DNA from: Diadema antillarum
Lineage: Eukaryota
Assembly (NCBI RefSeq): GCF_040938485.1
Contig: NW_027270896.1
Span: 1,240,001-1,304,000, forward strand
DNA: 64,000 nucleotides
Direction: 5' to 3'
Both the position numbers and the translations under genes were made by a program. Positions within the stretch are counted from its first letter, which is position 1, and each line of letters begins with the position of its first letter. Under the pieces are notes generated by a model that was given only the letters and a program-made list of their open reading frames with translations, was not told the DNA's origin and made no database searches. Shown here one piece after another: positions 25,829-39,378 of this stretch.

Positions 25829-28800
25829 ATGGCTCAAGATAATCGGGATGTTACAGCGACTTCGAAACCAAGAGGTAAGTTATAAGTGAACTGACTATAG
25901 AAGGTTTTGCAAAATTTGAATTCCTGTATGCTGGTTGAAGATTAATTCATTCAAGTTATGCTCCTACAGTCGATGTCATCTCGTCAACTATCGGTACTTA
26001 GCCAGTGCTTGAAGTAGGGGTCATCCGATTTTTTGAGTAAGGGAACATCACACGTCGATATTGTGTTACTGTCATATCTCATTGCAGTATACGAGAAATT
26101 TTCTCAAGATTAGAGAAATGCCAAAGACAATGTGAACCCACCGCAACCATTTATTGAGTATTACAGTAATCCATCACATCGATCGGAGTTTAAAAAAAAG
26201 ACAATCTCTTTCTTTTTCTTTTTTTTTTCTTTGGCTTGTTTCTCGTCTGAGAGCATAAAGCTACAGAATCAATAAATGCCAACTTAATCTTCGTATAAAC
26301 CTGCTGTCAAACGTATAACCAGACAGGGACATTCATGAAATTAATTACTAACGCGTTCTGTTGCTAATTTCAGACAGACTTGAGAAGTTGATTCACGAAT
26401 GTAACCAGACATGCTGCTGATGATGAGGTGGATTCGCGATCAAAAATAAATGTAACTTCATGCAGGAAAACGAGTGTATAAGGGCCGGCATTTTCTTGAT
26501 CTCATATTTGCTTGTTTTTACTTGGTATATGTGTCTGTGTGTTCATTTGTTTGTTTATTCTGTAAGGGGAGGGTTAGAATGACAGACACGATCTATATCA
26601 TGTTTTCATGGTTAAGTATTGAGAGTCGAGGGGAGCGTGTAGTGCTATGGATTTCGCATTGTAGGGAATGATGCTATGAGCCAATGCACACATGGGTATA
26701 ATCATTATTATATTCGCGGGCCCGTACAAAACTATCGCAACAGCGGAGCAAGCTAGCGATATGTGCTGGAAGCATATGGTGGTATAATGGATGTTTGAAA
26801 ACCAGCAATCATTTTACTGTTCGCGAGTGAGAAAAGGTCGCAATCCAAAGGGGAGTTATCATTGATGACGTCGTCAAAAATAAGTTCGTTCCAATTAAAA
26901 AAATCAGAGATGATACAAAGAGCTCGTTTTGCGAATATGAAAGGATGGAGGATTTATTGTTATAGTACACCAGCCGCTCTTTTTTTTTCTTTCGAGTGCT
27001 TAACGTTTTATTTATGAAATCATTATTCTGAGACAGGTACAGTGTATTGGTCTATGAACCTTTTTTTTTTACATTCCAAAGGTTTAGCTATCCCAGTGGA
27101 GGAAATAAAAGAAAAACAACAAAGTAAACCCCAAACTGGGTGTAATATTTGGACAGTCTACGATTACACTCATATCTATATACTCAAAACGGATACTTGT
27201 TTGTCCTCAATACATCGCGGACGAAGTACAGGTGAATAGTTTCAGGCCTTTTTTCTGCTTTCATTGTCATCAATAATTGCCTTTTTTATAATCTTTCCTA
27301 TTTCTTACATCAGACAAAGGCCAGGTGATAAAGATAAGAGAGGACCATAACTTATCCCCGTGCATGCTTGTAAAAGGTGGAGATCAAGCGAAAGGTTGCC
27401 ATGTGAAAATTAAAAAATAGCATGTGGGGAAGGAGTTGAATGTTGCTGAATTAAAACAATGATCACAATGTTTGTCGGGGTTTTTTTTTCGAAAAAAAAA
27501 ATCGCAACTAATGGTACTACTAACTTACAGACAAAATATGAAGACTTAAAACGTCAGTAAACGCGTCATTATTTTGTTCTTCACGTAATATAATTGCCCT
27601 GCTCGCTGCGTAGATGGATGATGTATCCCAATACATGTTCTGGTTGTCCACCCACCAGTTAATTCCAATACAAGGACTATTGTTTTCGAACATGGTCAAT
27701 CATCGATTACTCCACGGTAGAACGCAAGAAGACTGATAGCGCTACTATTACTTTCGTAATAGTGGGCTATACTTGGCTCTGATATGCCTGATTTAATTTT
27801 GGTCGCTATGGCAACTGGTGGGATGGGGATGACGTGTGGACGCACACAATGCAATTTAGGACGCATGCGCACAGAGGCAACGAGGGAAGCCAGTCACCCG
27901 ATGCCATGACAGCGGGAAAATTGCCTTTAATAACAAACCCTCGCATATACATGATTATTTTGTTTTTCTTGATATCTATTGATCTCATTCAAATCATTGA
28001 ATGAATCCCCTAACCCATTCTGGGTGTGGCATAAACAAAAACAATACAAATACATTTCAAAAGCACAAACAAATCAATTTTCAATGTATACTGATATATA
28101 ATCTCTATGTCTTCAACATGGATAATAACTCAGTTATAAATCAATCCCACTGGTAATTTCTTCACGAGAATCATTGACATATGCCAACATAATATCTTTT
28201 AAATATGTTGGATCTTATCATTTCTATTTGTAAGAACATGCACATAAAAACAAAACAAAAAACCCATATATTATACAAATCTAGAATGAAGTCATTCATA
28301 AAACCCAACCAGCCCTCCCCCTCCTAACCAAAACAAATCTTCATCAGTCTTTCCTAGGTATGTGATCCTACCAAATAATATATATATATTTTTTACAATT
28401 TATAACTATCCTCCATCAAATCAAATCCCAATCCCACCATCCCCCGATTCACCCAAACCAGAAGCACACCTACATGATTGTATTGTACACCCACACCCAC
28501 CCACACACGCGCGCGCGCACACACACACACAATCAGCAAAATACAAGAGTTTTAATGTACGCCTTTTATAGTGAGATCTACTATCATTTCTCAACAAATG
28601 GAAGTAGAAAAAAAGTAGCAATGGTAGATAGCAATTAATGGTAACGAGTGGTAAAAGAGTTGTTAAAGGGATCGCATAGTTTTGGTTGAGACCTAATTTC
28701 AGGTTTCTAACATTTTTTTTTTTTTTTTGTATGTGTGAGGTAATGAGAAACCTCTTATGAAATATGAAAGAGCATGTAATTCTATGAGGAATTCAGCGTT

Positions 28801-31800
28801 TATTTGACGAAAATTGGTTTGGAAATGGCTGAGATATCAAAAAAGAGCAATTCTAATAAAGTGTGGGACCCACACTTTATTACGATCGCTTTGCTTTACT
28901 TTGTTTTTTTTTATGTTTCAGTTATTCCAAACCCGATTTTCATTAAATAAACTTTTAATTCCTCTTAAAATGGTATGCTCTGTACTGTATCATAAGTGTT
29001 TTCTCGGTATCTTGCAAAAAGTTTGAAGCCCAATCTAATCTCCACCAATACTGTATCATCCCTTTTTAAGGTATAGAAAATTTGTATCGGGCACTGGCAA
29101 TGTTGATAGTTCAAGTTTTGTACATAATAATTGTTACAGTATAATGTAATGTTGATGTTGGCGGTGAAAATCAAGTCAATGATGGCACAATTAAATCATG
29201 AACATTTTCATTATCATTATCATACGCATTATTGTGATGATTAATCAGTCATCATCTGTAGTAAAAGTCGAATAAGTAGATGAAGTTGTGGCGTCAGTAA
29301 CAGCGGTGGCAGCAGTTGACTCTTTTTTTTCATCCATTGGTACCATTTCACTTGCATTACAATTATATTTTTGTTCTTATTCCAAAACATATCTTCTAGA
29401 GAACACAAACACAATATTAAACAGTTTAAAGCCATACTATGGCCAATTCTTTGACATTTAGACAGTCTACTGATTATATGCAATGTTTCGTACCGTAATT
29501 TTTCACTCTTTTACGTGCCATTTACTAACTCTTGTACAATCATTCTTAGTGCCCTGTTTTTAACGACTTGGAGTTTCTATATCAGTGGTATCCGACTGAC
29601 ACAAATGATATTATAATAAAAAGGTCTTGTGAACAAGACGAACTGCCGGATTGTTGAAGCAGCAAAGTAAAAGGTCGAGAACCTGTTATAAACACTGCTC
29701 GAATACCAATGCATCCGAATGCGAATGCATATTTTATCCGGTGATCCGGCAACCTATGAAAGTGTCTTATTCATGGTTTAGGTCGATGTGTAAGTTACTG
29801 TTTCAGTGTGACATCTTTGCTGCACGTGGATGGATATTGGTCTAGATGAAAAAAGAGCAATGCAGTGGTTGGGTTCGTTTAAAAAAATGTAAGAATCTTC
29901 AAGTAGCCATTGTTGACAATAGATATAAAATAGTAACAAAGTCAAAGACCGTCGAATCTAAACTAATCATGTATGATTGCAGAAGACCAGTAGCAATCTG
30001 AGCTAAGACGTCCGTGTCATTATGCGATATGGGATTTTGTGTGTGCGTGTGTGTGTGTTAAAAGGGTTAATGATTCGTCGCTATTGTTTGCACTGCCCGA
30101 CCCGTCGGTGTCTTGGTACTGGCCAGTAACTGCCCACTCATGGTATAGGATGGCTGCAATCACGGTATTGACTCGTCTTTTTAAGAAACCACTCAACGAG
30201 GTCGCTGTCTGTCTACATACCCTTTTTAAAACCATCTTCGATCCGCTACATCGATGCAACTTCCCCTTTTGACACCCAGCCGACGCATTGTTTTCATTGT
30301 GCATCCATGTTTACCGATATGTTTGATTTTCACCCTCATTGACTTGGTTTCAAATGACCATTATATGTTTAAGGCATTGATTTGTGTCAAGTGGGCTTTT
30401 CTCTCCGCCATTCTGCCCTGTGCCGTCTTCTGAATGTACAATTGTGAGGCCTACTCGATTCGAGATTATCGTTGCACTTTGTATTGTCTTCCGTTTCGCC
30501 TCTCCTTTCTGTATCCTTCTTCTTGATATCAAACTCCTTAATTTTTTCCCCTAAAACTATTGTTTCGTGACGAAAGACCAAAATGCTGCCTATAGTGTAT
30601 AGTTTGGGTGCTCTACAGAAATGTGTAAAACACACACCCACACACACATTATATGCATACATATACATACATACATATATATATATATAATGTAAAATGT
30701 TTTCTAATTTGAGGAGTAGGCCTACACATTCCTCAGAAACAAGAGAAATGAAGAGAATTTCAGTTATGCTCTCCCATAAATCGATGCACTGCGTTAAACG
30801 TACTAGGGGAAACGGGGGGAAATAGGATGATCAGCGTAACGAACACTCCTAAATAAACACTGATAAAGGGAAAAGAGTGATACATTTCGACTCTGACGGG
30901 AGAAAACTGATTCGCAGAGGAGACATAACAGTTAAATCATGTCATGTGTGATTTTATTTGAATAATCATTCTCTGGTACATGAAGGAAAAGTAATATTGC
31001 GCATGTGATTTTTTTTAGTTTACATCCTCCCCGAAATGACGCTGTTTAAAACTAAATTAAGAATTCTGACAACACTTTTTATCTTTATCTTTGACAGGGA
31101 GCTACCTGGACCCACTGAAGGCATGTGCCTTGTCGGGGGAAAATGGCGTTCCCGCTGGGAAATCAGAATCTGCCACCTTTGCGAAGTACACAACAATCAT
31201 CAAACAGTCGAGACGGAACGCGTCGCGGGCTTCGGTGCTCAACGATGTCGAACGCAGCCGATTCGAATCCATCGTCAAACGAATGGAAAGCGAGCACCTG
31301 TACCACAAGGCCGTGCTTGATCGTCAGAAGCGACAATTCCGGAAATCACTGGAAGTGTTGGAGAAAGACAGACGAGCTGTCAAACATTATTTTGATAAAG
31401 GTGGGAACTGGGTGGCCACACCCTTAAAACTCGTTGACGGCACGACTGTGAAGAAAAGACGAGGCGATAAAGGCGAGTCTCTGCTGCCTCCGATTGACCC
31501 CCTGGCAGCAGTGCAGGAAGCCAACGCCGGTCAACAGGGCGCCAACGCTGCCGAAGACGGCACAACCGTCAACGAAAGCGAAGGGAAACGGACGACCACG
31601 GTCGACGGCAGCAATCAGACGTCTAAGGGTGACGAGTACGAGAGACAGGTTCCTGATTTTCCTTCCCGTCGGTTACAGAGCATGCATTCCATGCCTGCGC
31701 TGCGTTCCAATTCTATGCCCAGACCTCCGCAGCGGTTCTACACGGGTGACAATATACAAACAATGCGAGAAACGCTGATGTCGGGCACTAAGGAGACCCA

Positions 31801-31864
31801 AACCAACACAGAAATTGATCCAAACAAAGATTCAAATACTAACAAACTGTCGCTGTCCATATGA
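25829..31864 (+). CDS. Uncharacterised coiled-coil protein, CCDC190-like N-terminal domain, about 270 aa
   Basis: Exon 25829-25874 (MAQDNRDVTATSKPR, donor G|gtaagt, in-frame TGA upstream at 25802) joins exon 31098-31864 (acceptor tttgacag|GG) in phase 1. The segment RFESIVKRMESEHLYHKAVLDRQKRQFRKSLEVLEKD resembles the CCDC190 motif as I recall it; the C-terminal half is low complexity. Confidence 0.7.
28663..29069. mobile_element. Kolobok-like non-autonomous element, full length
   Basis: TTAA|AGGGATCG ... CATCCCT(TT)TTAA. Same family as 24900-25305. Confidence 0.75.
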
Positions 31865-33525
31865 AATTGTATATTCAAGCTCTGTAAAATCTACGCAAGA
31901 GGAACGAGAACTTCAAGTGGGCAGCGAAAGTAGCGTTTGATTATTCAGATAAATTAAACAACATTATAATAATAATAATAATAGATAGATTAAACAACAT
32001 TGTATTATGTTGTGCTAAATGGTTTATACGAATCGGTGCTCATGATTAGAAACAAATGCTATCTGTGTAGAAATTCAGAATTACTATATTTTTCTTTAAT
32101 ATTCATATAAACCTCGCAACTCATATTCTTCTCCACAAAACCAATTTCGCAAAGCTAGTTTAAAACTGATGTACAGAGACCGCCATAACCACATGGAAAG
32201 CCATGTAAAGGACTCGCTGGACAATAATTCAAGTGAAAACGAACAATTAAAAAAAATAATTGTTTGTCAATTTGCATATTTGGAAAAAAAAAAGTACAGC
32301 ATTCGAAGCAGAATGAACATATTTTTCTTCTACCGGTGGTCAAAATTTCCGTAAAGCAGCTGCTATTGTAGCTGCAATTACTCTGCTTGTACACTTTCTG
32401 GTCGTGTTGTATACTGGATGAAGTCGTGATAGTCGAATCAGTATGCAATACCATGTATTATGTTTTCATTCCATTTGTATTTACAATGAGGACTCTCAGT
32501 TTTGAGAACAACAAATCACTCAAAATAGTTTGATGATAAGTCTTGATAAATTTTCGCAAAATTTTGAACGCTACCTGCTGAAATACACACACCAAAAAGA
32601 TGAAGGACTCGTGATTAAAAAAAAGAAAAGAAATGAAAGACGCAATAATCGATGACGGCAAGCGATATTAATCGCTCTTGAAGAATAAACTTGCAAAAGT
32701 AGTGAATTGGTTTATAACGAATCTTAAAACCATGGGTCCCGAATTGAGTCAAGGTTGTTTGTTTTCATTTCCGTACAAAAAAAAAAAACAACAAAACAAA
32801 ACATGGAAAGAAGAAGTAGGACAGCAGCAAAACTATACGTAGAAAGCCAATCACCAGAAGTGGGAGTTAATAGTCCGAGGTTTTACGTCTGGTCTTCCAC
32901 GAGGCTCGTTGTGATTTGACAGAACAAAATATTCTGTGCAGTCGGCTCACACTCTATACATCAGAGCCCTTTCTTGTACGCAAGAAACCGATTGTAAGAA
33001 CAATGCCATCATAGTGATGGTATTAATTTCAATGTAAAAGGCGCATGGTTGAGAATGCTTTGTACATTGCTGCAGGCATACAGTGGAAAAGTCGGGTCAC
33101 TGTAGTGCACGCTATAGTTTATACAGAAAACGTCAGCTGTTTGTATGAATACTTCACTCAACAAACAGCTCATTTTGACGATTAGTTACAATATGTTATA
33201 ATTATATACCTATGATTACGTACAGGCTTGGCTTGAAGAGGTGTTAGCATGAATGCAGTTTCTATAGAAAATCATTTGCGGTGAAAGCGACATTTTAACC
33301 ACCACTTGTCTGTATGCAACGTGTATAGCTGTATATTAAAGACGAATTGGGTTAAGGTTAATAAGGAGATAGCTATACGGTCACATGGGTCAAAAGCTTT
33401 TATTTTTATCGGCAACTGACCAAAATGTATTATTTTCAGTATTTACCAGACAGCTCAATCAAATCTGTTGGATGCAAATGGCTTGAAAACATCTAAAATA
33501 TTATATCGATATCGCCTGTGTGGCT

Positions 33526-33791
33526 GAGCAGGCGGGTGTTGTTCGTTATTCCGAAGGTTCGCTATTCCGAATGTTCGTTGTTCCGAAGGGTCGTTAATCT
33601 GAAACACGCAAATTCCCTATACCGAGAGGTTCGTTAATCCGATAATGAAAAAGGGTTCGTTAATCCGAAAATTTGTGGCGTTATTCCGAAGGTTCGTTAT
33701 TCCGAAGATCGGTTAATTCGAAAATGAAATTCGGAACAATGAACCTTCGGAATAACGAACCTTCGAAATAACGAGCTGTAACCGAGCAGGC
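33526..33791. mobile_element. 250-bp MITE with GG...CC termini and 8-bp TSD (Merlin- or MULE-like)
   Basis: Exact flanking direct repeat GAGCAGGC at 33526-33533 and 33784-33791. Imperfect TIRs and internal GGTTCGTTATTCCGA-type repeats in both orientations. Confidence 0.75.
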
Positions 33792-35502
33792 AATGGTGAA
33801 TCCTCACGAAAACTCTTCTTTCCATCAAAGTCCGAAATTTCATGAGTTTGTATTTTTTTTCTTTAAGAAACAGAACACCCTGACAGTATATGTATTGTAA
33901 GACGTTTAATATCGCTATACCTTTCTCGATATCTTATGATGAAAAGTAAAAATGCGTCCGTGAAGTGAAACCCCAAATCTGTATACAGTTGTACTTAGAA
34001 AATTGAATACTACGTATACAAAGAAAAGGTTCGATCAAAATTGGACAAGAAAGTGAAAAAGTCAAATACTTTTAAAGTTTAACAAGTCTTCACATAGCAG
34101 CGTCCCTGGTCACAATTGCATAGGTAGAATTAGGCACAATATTCAAATTAGATAAACTGATGATGTTATCGCCTTATACATCTCTCCCATTAGTTTGTAC
34201 GTTTATTTCTGCATTATTATATGTGTGTACAAATAGTTTTTCTTGACCAATGACCTTGCAACAATAAGCAAATTATTACAACTCTTAAACAGTTTGATGA
34301 AAAAGCTTCGTTCTTCTTCCTGAATTCGTGTCACACAGGGGAAATTTAGTGATTTCTTCTTTTTTTGGTGGTGCAAACAAATGGAAGGCCAGGGCGTCAT
34401 CAATGCATTTGATACACATGAAATTCGTTTCCCGTATACACTTTTATCGTTACATCAATCTGTTGATTGCAGTCAGGTTAAACATTCAATTCAGTTTAAT
34501 TTGATAATGGTTCTATTTCAGTCGTATTGCAGTCGGTTTACTGAATTGCATGATATTACATCAAAAGACGAAGGGGGATATGACTTCAGAGTGTATTTTT
34601 ATCCCCAATACGTGTAGTTCCTTATGTAACAGTTATCTAGGTATTTCATATGCCAGTGTTTTTATTTACTTGCTTATACAGTGTATGGGATAGCACAGAG
34701 CTGGTAACAGAAAGTGATGTTTAGATCATGAATGATGTCACATATACGTATCGACTTGTGCCAAATTAATTGGGGCTTTAAACATGACTCTCTGCCCGTA
34801 AAACAGAAATCCCTCAATAATTCATCAATACTGCATGGTTAACAAAACACCACACTAATTTGGATGCAAGTGATGAGTGAGCTCCCTCCCCGCCCCCTTC
34901 ATGTCCAAACATATTATGTAGTAAAGATTTGTGAGCAGGGCCATGAGAGACTAGTGAGGGGACGAAATCACCCCCGCATCCGACTTCCATCAGAAGTATT
35001 AAAGCTAATTATTGTGGATGATTTGTGAAAATATTTGAAGCTTTAAATCCCACAACTCCTTAAATTTTGAAGTCAAATGATATCAAATTTTTATCGATAT
35101 TTGTTTGCCATTGCATGATGTCAGGACCAGGTTAAACGCGGAGTTGAATTGCAACCCAATAAGGAAGTAAGAAAACGAAAATATATAAAGAACCCCACCC
35201 TCTGAAGGGGGATGAAAAAAGAAGAAGATATTTAGACGAATTGGGATGTACAGAGTATTGTGAGTCTATGTATCAATATTGCCAAACTGAAATATATAAT
35301 ATGTAATACATAATATCTCTACTTAGAGATACTTGTATGTACTTCATTATGGTAGACATACATTATATGCATCAAGCTATATTACGTACATGTATATGTT
35401 CATTAAAGAAAACATTGTATTTTTGTGCCATCATAGCAGTATGAAATGTAAATCTGAATTTGTTGGGGTCATTTTTTGTGCAGCTATTTTTCCATCTTCT
35501 GT

Positions 35503-35673
35503 NNNNNNNNNNNNNNNNNNNNNNNNNNNNNNNNNNNNNNNNNNNNNNNNNNNNNNNNNNNNNNNNNNNNNNNNNNNNNNNNNNNNNNNNNNNNNNNNNN
35601 NNNNNNNNNNNNNNNNNNNNNNNNNNNNNNNNNNNNNNNNNNNNNNNNNNNNNNNNNNNNNNNNNNNNNNNNN
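35503..35673. other. Assembly gap (N run), followed by a (TA)n tract at about 35702-35742
   Basis: Run of N; direct reading of the TA repeat. Confidence 0.99.
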
Positions 35674-35698
35674 CAAATAAAAGGTTAAGTGTCAAGCC

Positions 35699-35752
<54 letters not shown>

Positions 35753-37919
35753 TATAATACACATATACAGGCCCCTCCATGTAAATAAATAATATATATT
35801 ATGTATAGTATACAGTACATGTGTGTGTAAGTCTTTTAACCAAATACATACACACACACACACACACACATCCACCTCAAAAATTTCATGCCATTTAACT
35901 CATTCAGAAAGAACACAAAAGTAATGAAATCAGTAAAGATTCCACTCTATACTAAATCATCACCTACTGAAGACACCACGTTCATAATGCCGTCTTCAAA
36001 TCTTGTTCACAGACGTCCATTGGAAAGGTTGCCGGGACAACTGGTGTCAATAAATTATGTCACAGTGAATTTCACAGAAGTCTCAAATGAAGACTTTCAA
36101 CAAATGAAGCACAATAGCTGCTGACTCAGTCTTTGATGATGAAACATACTGGCATTTGACTACATTATACAACCCGTCTCTCACTTCTTGTTTTTTTATT
36201 CCAAAAATGTACAAATTGCTCAACAGGAACGCAATGGACAAATTCACACAAGACGGAATAATAATTTGTCTCTGTACATTCTCATTTCAGGAAGTGCACA
36301 GTTTTTAATATCCATTCAGCTTCACTATTAGCAGTTTGGTCATATTCATATTCGAATGACAGCCAGTTAACTAGACACCTCGAAGAACCGGAGCACACCC
36401 CCTTCAGCCATATCCTCTCATCTATAAAAAGAAGTAGCAAGTCATTGCATGCCTTACCATTAACCATCAACCTTCATCTCATCTAATTCGGTAACAGGTT
36501 TTTGACTAAATTTAACAGCAGACAAGGCAGCAAGCCACAAAAATGACTTTCATTTTAAGTTTATACCACATAAATAGAATTTGGTAACATTGCGGTCAGA
36601 TGCACATTAGATTTGATTATGACGACTGAACTGTCATGAAAATTCATTTATGTGGGCACCTTCCAGCCACCCTGGCTTGAAATAAATATTTTTACAAAAA
36701 TATTCTTAGAAGTCTTAGAAGTCTTTGACTGAAATATCCACTAACAATATTTAGCATTTTTTGAGCCATGACTCTGAGGCACAAAGTATATTACTTACAT
36801 CACATTATCACCTGAAGAATGGAAGAGTTACTGTGAGTTGTTCTTATAGTTGGGAAAACTTACTATTTTGCAGTCAACCATAACAATATCAAGGCCATGA
36901 ATTGACTGCAATGCATTTGCCATCTCAGCTGTTGTGATATGCTACAAAGGCCTGCACATGTTAAAATCCTCTGAAGGATGTACATTTAAGGGTAATAAAT
37001 ATCACAGTCCACTGATAACACATTTGCAACCCAAACATAGTTACTGGACCTGTGAAGAAAGTGAAAAATACCAGTGTTTCTTGTTTACTCTTTTGTAATG
37101 AGACAAATGAACATGACCATTTTAGTCTATCGAGTTTGATTTTCTACTACGGAAAAGTCTGAATGAAAGCATAATGTTTATCATATACTTAATCACACAG
37201 TTATGAATCTGTACTGTCCTTTCAGCCAGGAATAACACGTATCTTTACTCATCATTTTTTTTTTTTTTTTTGAGGTAATGATTCTTTGGTTTTATCAACA
37301 CATTTTGAAATTACCTCTTCAGACATTTCGAGCACCATTATTATTACGTGGGTTACACTTGGATCACAAGTCATATTACATAGTTCAGTTCGTAACAGCT
37401 CATCAAATGTACATAATTATTAAGAATGTCAGAATCATATATACGTGGTGCCACACACTTGCATTAAAGATGGCAGCAATTGAGTCACTGACAAGAACTC
37501 AAGACCTTAGTGAGCTCCAGGCTCCATACATACTATACATTTTTTTGTCTGTCAAAAGTTTGTTTCCTTCACAGATTTACAAGCACTGATTTCAGAAACC
37601 TTTTTTTCCCCGCACGCTCCATACCGTTCAGCGAATTGACACAAACAGTCAAAATACTGATCACAGGAAATCACACAAAATATAACCCAAGTCCACTTGG
37701 AAACATGACCTCTTCACTTCACACTTATATCTTTAATATATACTGTTATCAAGGTGATGGCTGTCACCTCTCACATGCATCCACGAACAGAATATCCAAT
37801 ATCAAATGAGCAATACACCCACATAGCAGTAACACATGAATTCTAATAGCAACTTTTTAAAAAGTTCATCACAATTTTTTTTTGAGAAGAATGGACTAAT
37901 TTCCTGTACTGCATAGCAG

Positions 37920-37981
37920 TGTAAAAATCAGATTCTGCCCAGCCAATCAGCTTTCAGACAAAACCATCATAAGCCCATACA
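37920..37981 (-). promoter_or_regulatory. SECIS element (form 2) in the SELENON 3' UTR
   Basis: mRNA sense: UGUAUGGGCUU-AUGAU-GGUUUUGUCU-GAAAGCUGAUUGGCU-GGGCAGAAUC-UGAU-UUUUACA. It has the UGAN/NGAN quartet, a fully paired 10-bp helix II (4 G-U pairs), apical AAA followed by a mini-stem, and a short helix I (UGUA/UACA). Confidence 0.85.
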
Positions 37982-39165
37982 GAGGCTATTAGTTCATACA
38001 TCATCATAAAAAAAGAATATTACATGAACACCTTGCAAATGCACAGCCAAACATATACAATATATCTTAAAAATGATTGTGACCATTATGAAAAAAACAA
38101 AACAAAATGTCAGTCTTATGATAATTTCTCTTGCAATGTGCCAGCCTTTCTTGCAAGCAATCAAGCCATCAAATTTTATTTGTGTAACGCAATGGCATGT
38201 TTGAGCATAAAAATACGAAGCGAATATTCCAGGCAGTAGGCCTATGTTGTTGCATGTGTATACTTACGAGTAACTACATGGCAGCATTATCAGCTTCATG
38301 CAGTTTGTATAAATGGACATTGCTGTATACAGATGTGAATGTTATGACATAAAGACTTTGAGGAGCAAGAGAAGTACATGTAAGTTATCACACACACTCT
38401 GTTTCCCAGTTACCTTGAGATAGATAAGTCTACCCTTTTAATAGGTAAATGTAATGCTGGCAGGATGACTTGACCATGGTCACACGTCTGCTACAGAGGT
38501 CAATTACCTTCAGCCATACGGAATTCACACCTGTCTCTAACCTCCCTTAAATGTCTGGTAAATGAGCACTGCCAGCTTTCAAATACTTTGCAATATTTCA
38601 TTAAAACAAAGCAAAGCAAAATAACAATGACAACAACAAAATACAGCACTTGCAATGGAAGGACAAGGATCTCGAAACACAAAGGATGCCATGAATGAAA
38701 AGAAATGGGTAGACACATGTCATATCCCAATGGAAAAAAAGGTGAAGAAACAAAGAAGACGAAATGGGACAAGCAAAATATCGCATACAGCAGCTAGGAA
38801 CAGCATTGCACTTATCTAAGCATGACAAATAAAAATATGGAGCCTGGTCACTAGACAAATCATCAGGAAGACATTTTATCTGTTTAGACCAACATTATAC
38901 TTGTTTATAAAAGTGAATGTCAATGCAATCCATAATGAAAATTCTGCCAACATAGCTTTACCTTTCACAGGTATACATTGGCAAGAATAAGCCCTAACAA
39001 TAATAAAGTTGAAAACAAACCACACCCCCCCCCAAAAAAAAAAGAATAAAAAATCCCAAAATCCAATCACACTTAAACAAGATAATGAAAATAAATGCTG
39101 TTCACATAAAAATTTGGCACAGTAAAATGATGATATTAATTCTTTCCACACACAATAAAATGAGA

Positions 39166-39378
39166 TACTGTAAAAGTGGATATTTTTGCGTGAGTAATTT
39201 TTCGCGCTCGGCCGGGTAAGATGGATTTTGCGTGTTTTTAATTCTGCAAAATCAGGACATTAACTACTGGAACATATGGCATGCAAAAATATTTGCGTGC
39301 TTTTATTTTCGCGCTAGCGTCTGGTTACGTGAAATGCGTGAATATTTCCACACCGCGAAAATTTCCACTTTTACAGTA
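39166..39378. mobile_element. Tc1/mariner-pogo-type MITE with TA target duplication inside the SELENON 3' UTR
   Basis: TA|CTGTAAAAGTGGA ... TCCACTTTTACAG|TA; about 23-bp TIR with 2 mismatches. Confidence 0.8.

Noticed and set aside
25716-25874. Frame MVDMNDD...SSI-TGA-FGGPDQ...NQE read as a second selenoprotein
   Set aside because: It ends in phase 0 and hits a stop six codons into the next exon; no SECIS found. Better explained as a uORF.
32484-32546. ATGA...GA hairpin downstream of the CCDC190-like stop as a possible SECIS
   Set aside because: Helix II is interrupted and too long, with no unpaired AA at the canonical distance.
37940-37950. CAGCCAATCAG in the SECIS apical stem also occurs in a Harbinger MITE (55320-55330) and matches a CCAAT box
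   Set aside because: An 11-mer match with no flanking homology; insufficient to claim a transposon origin.
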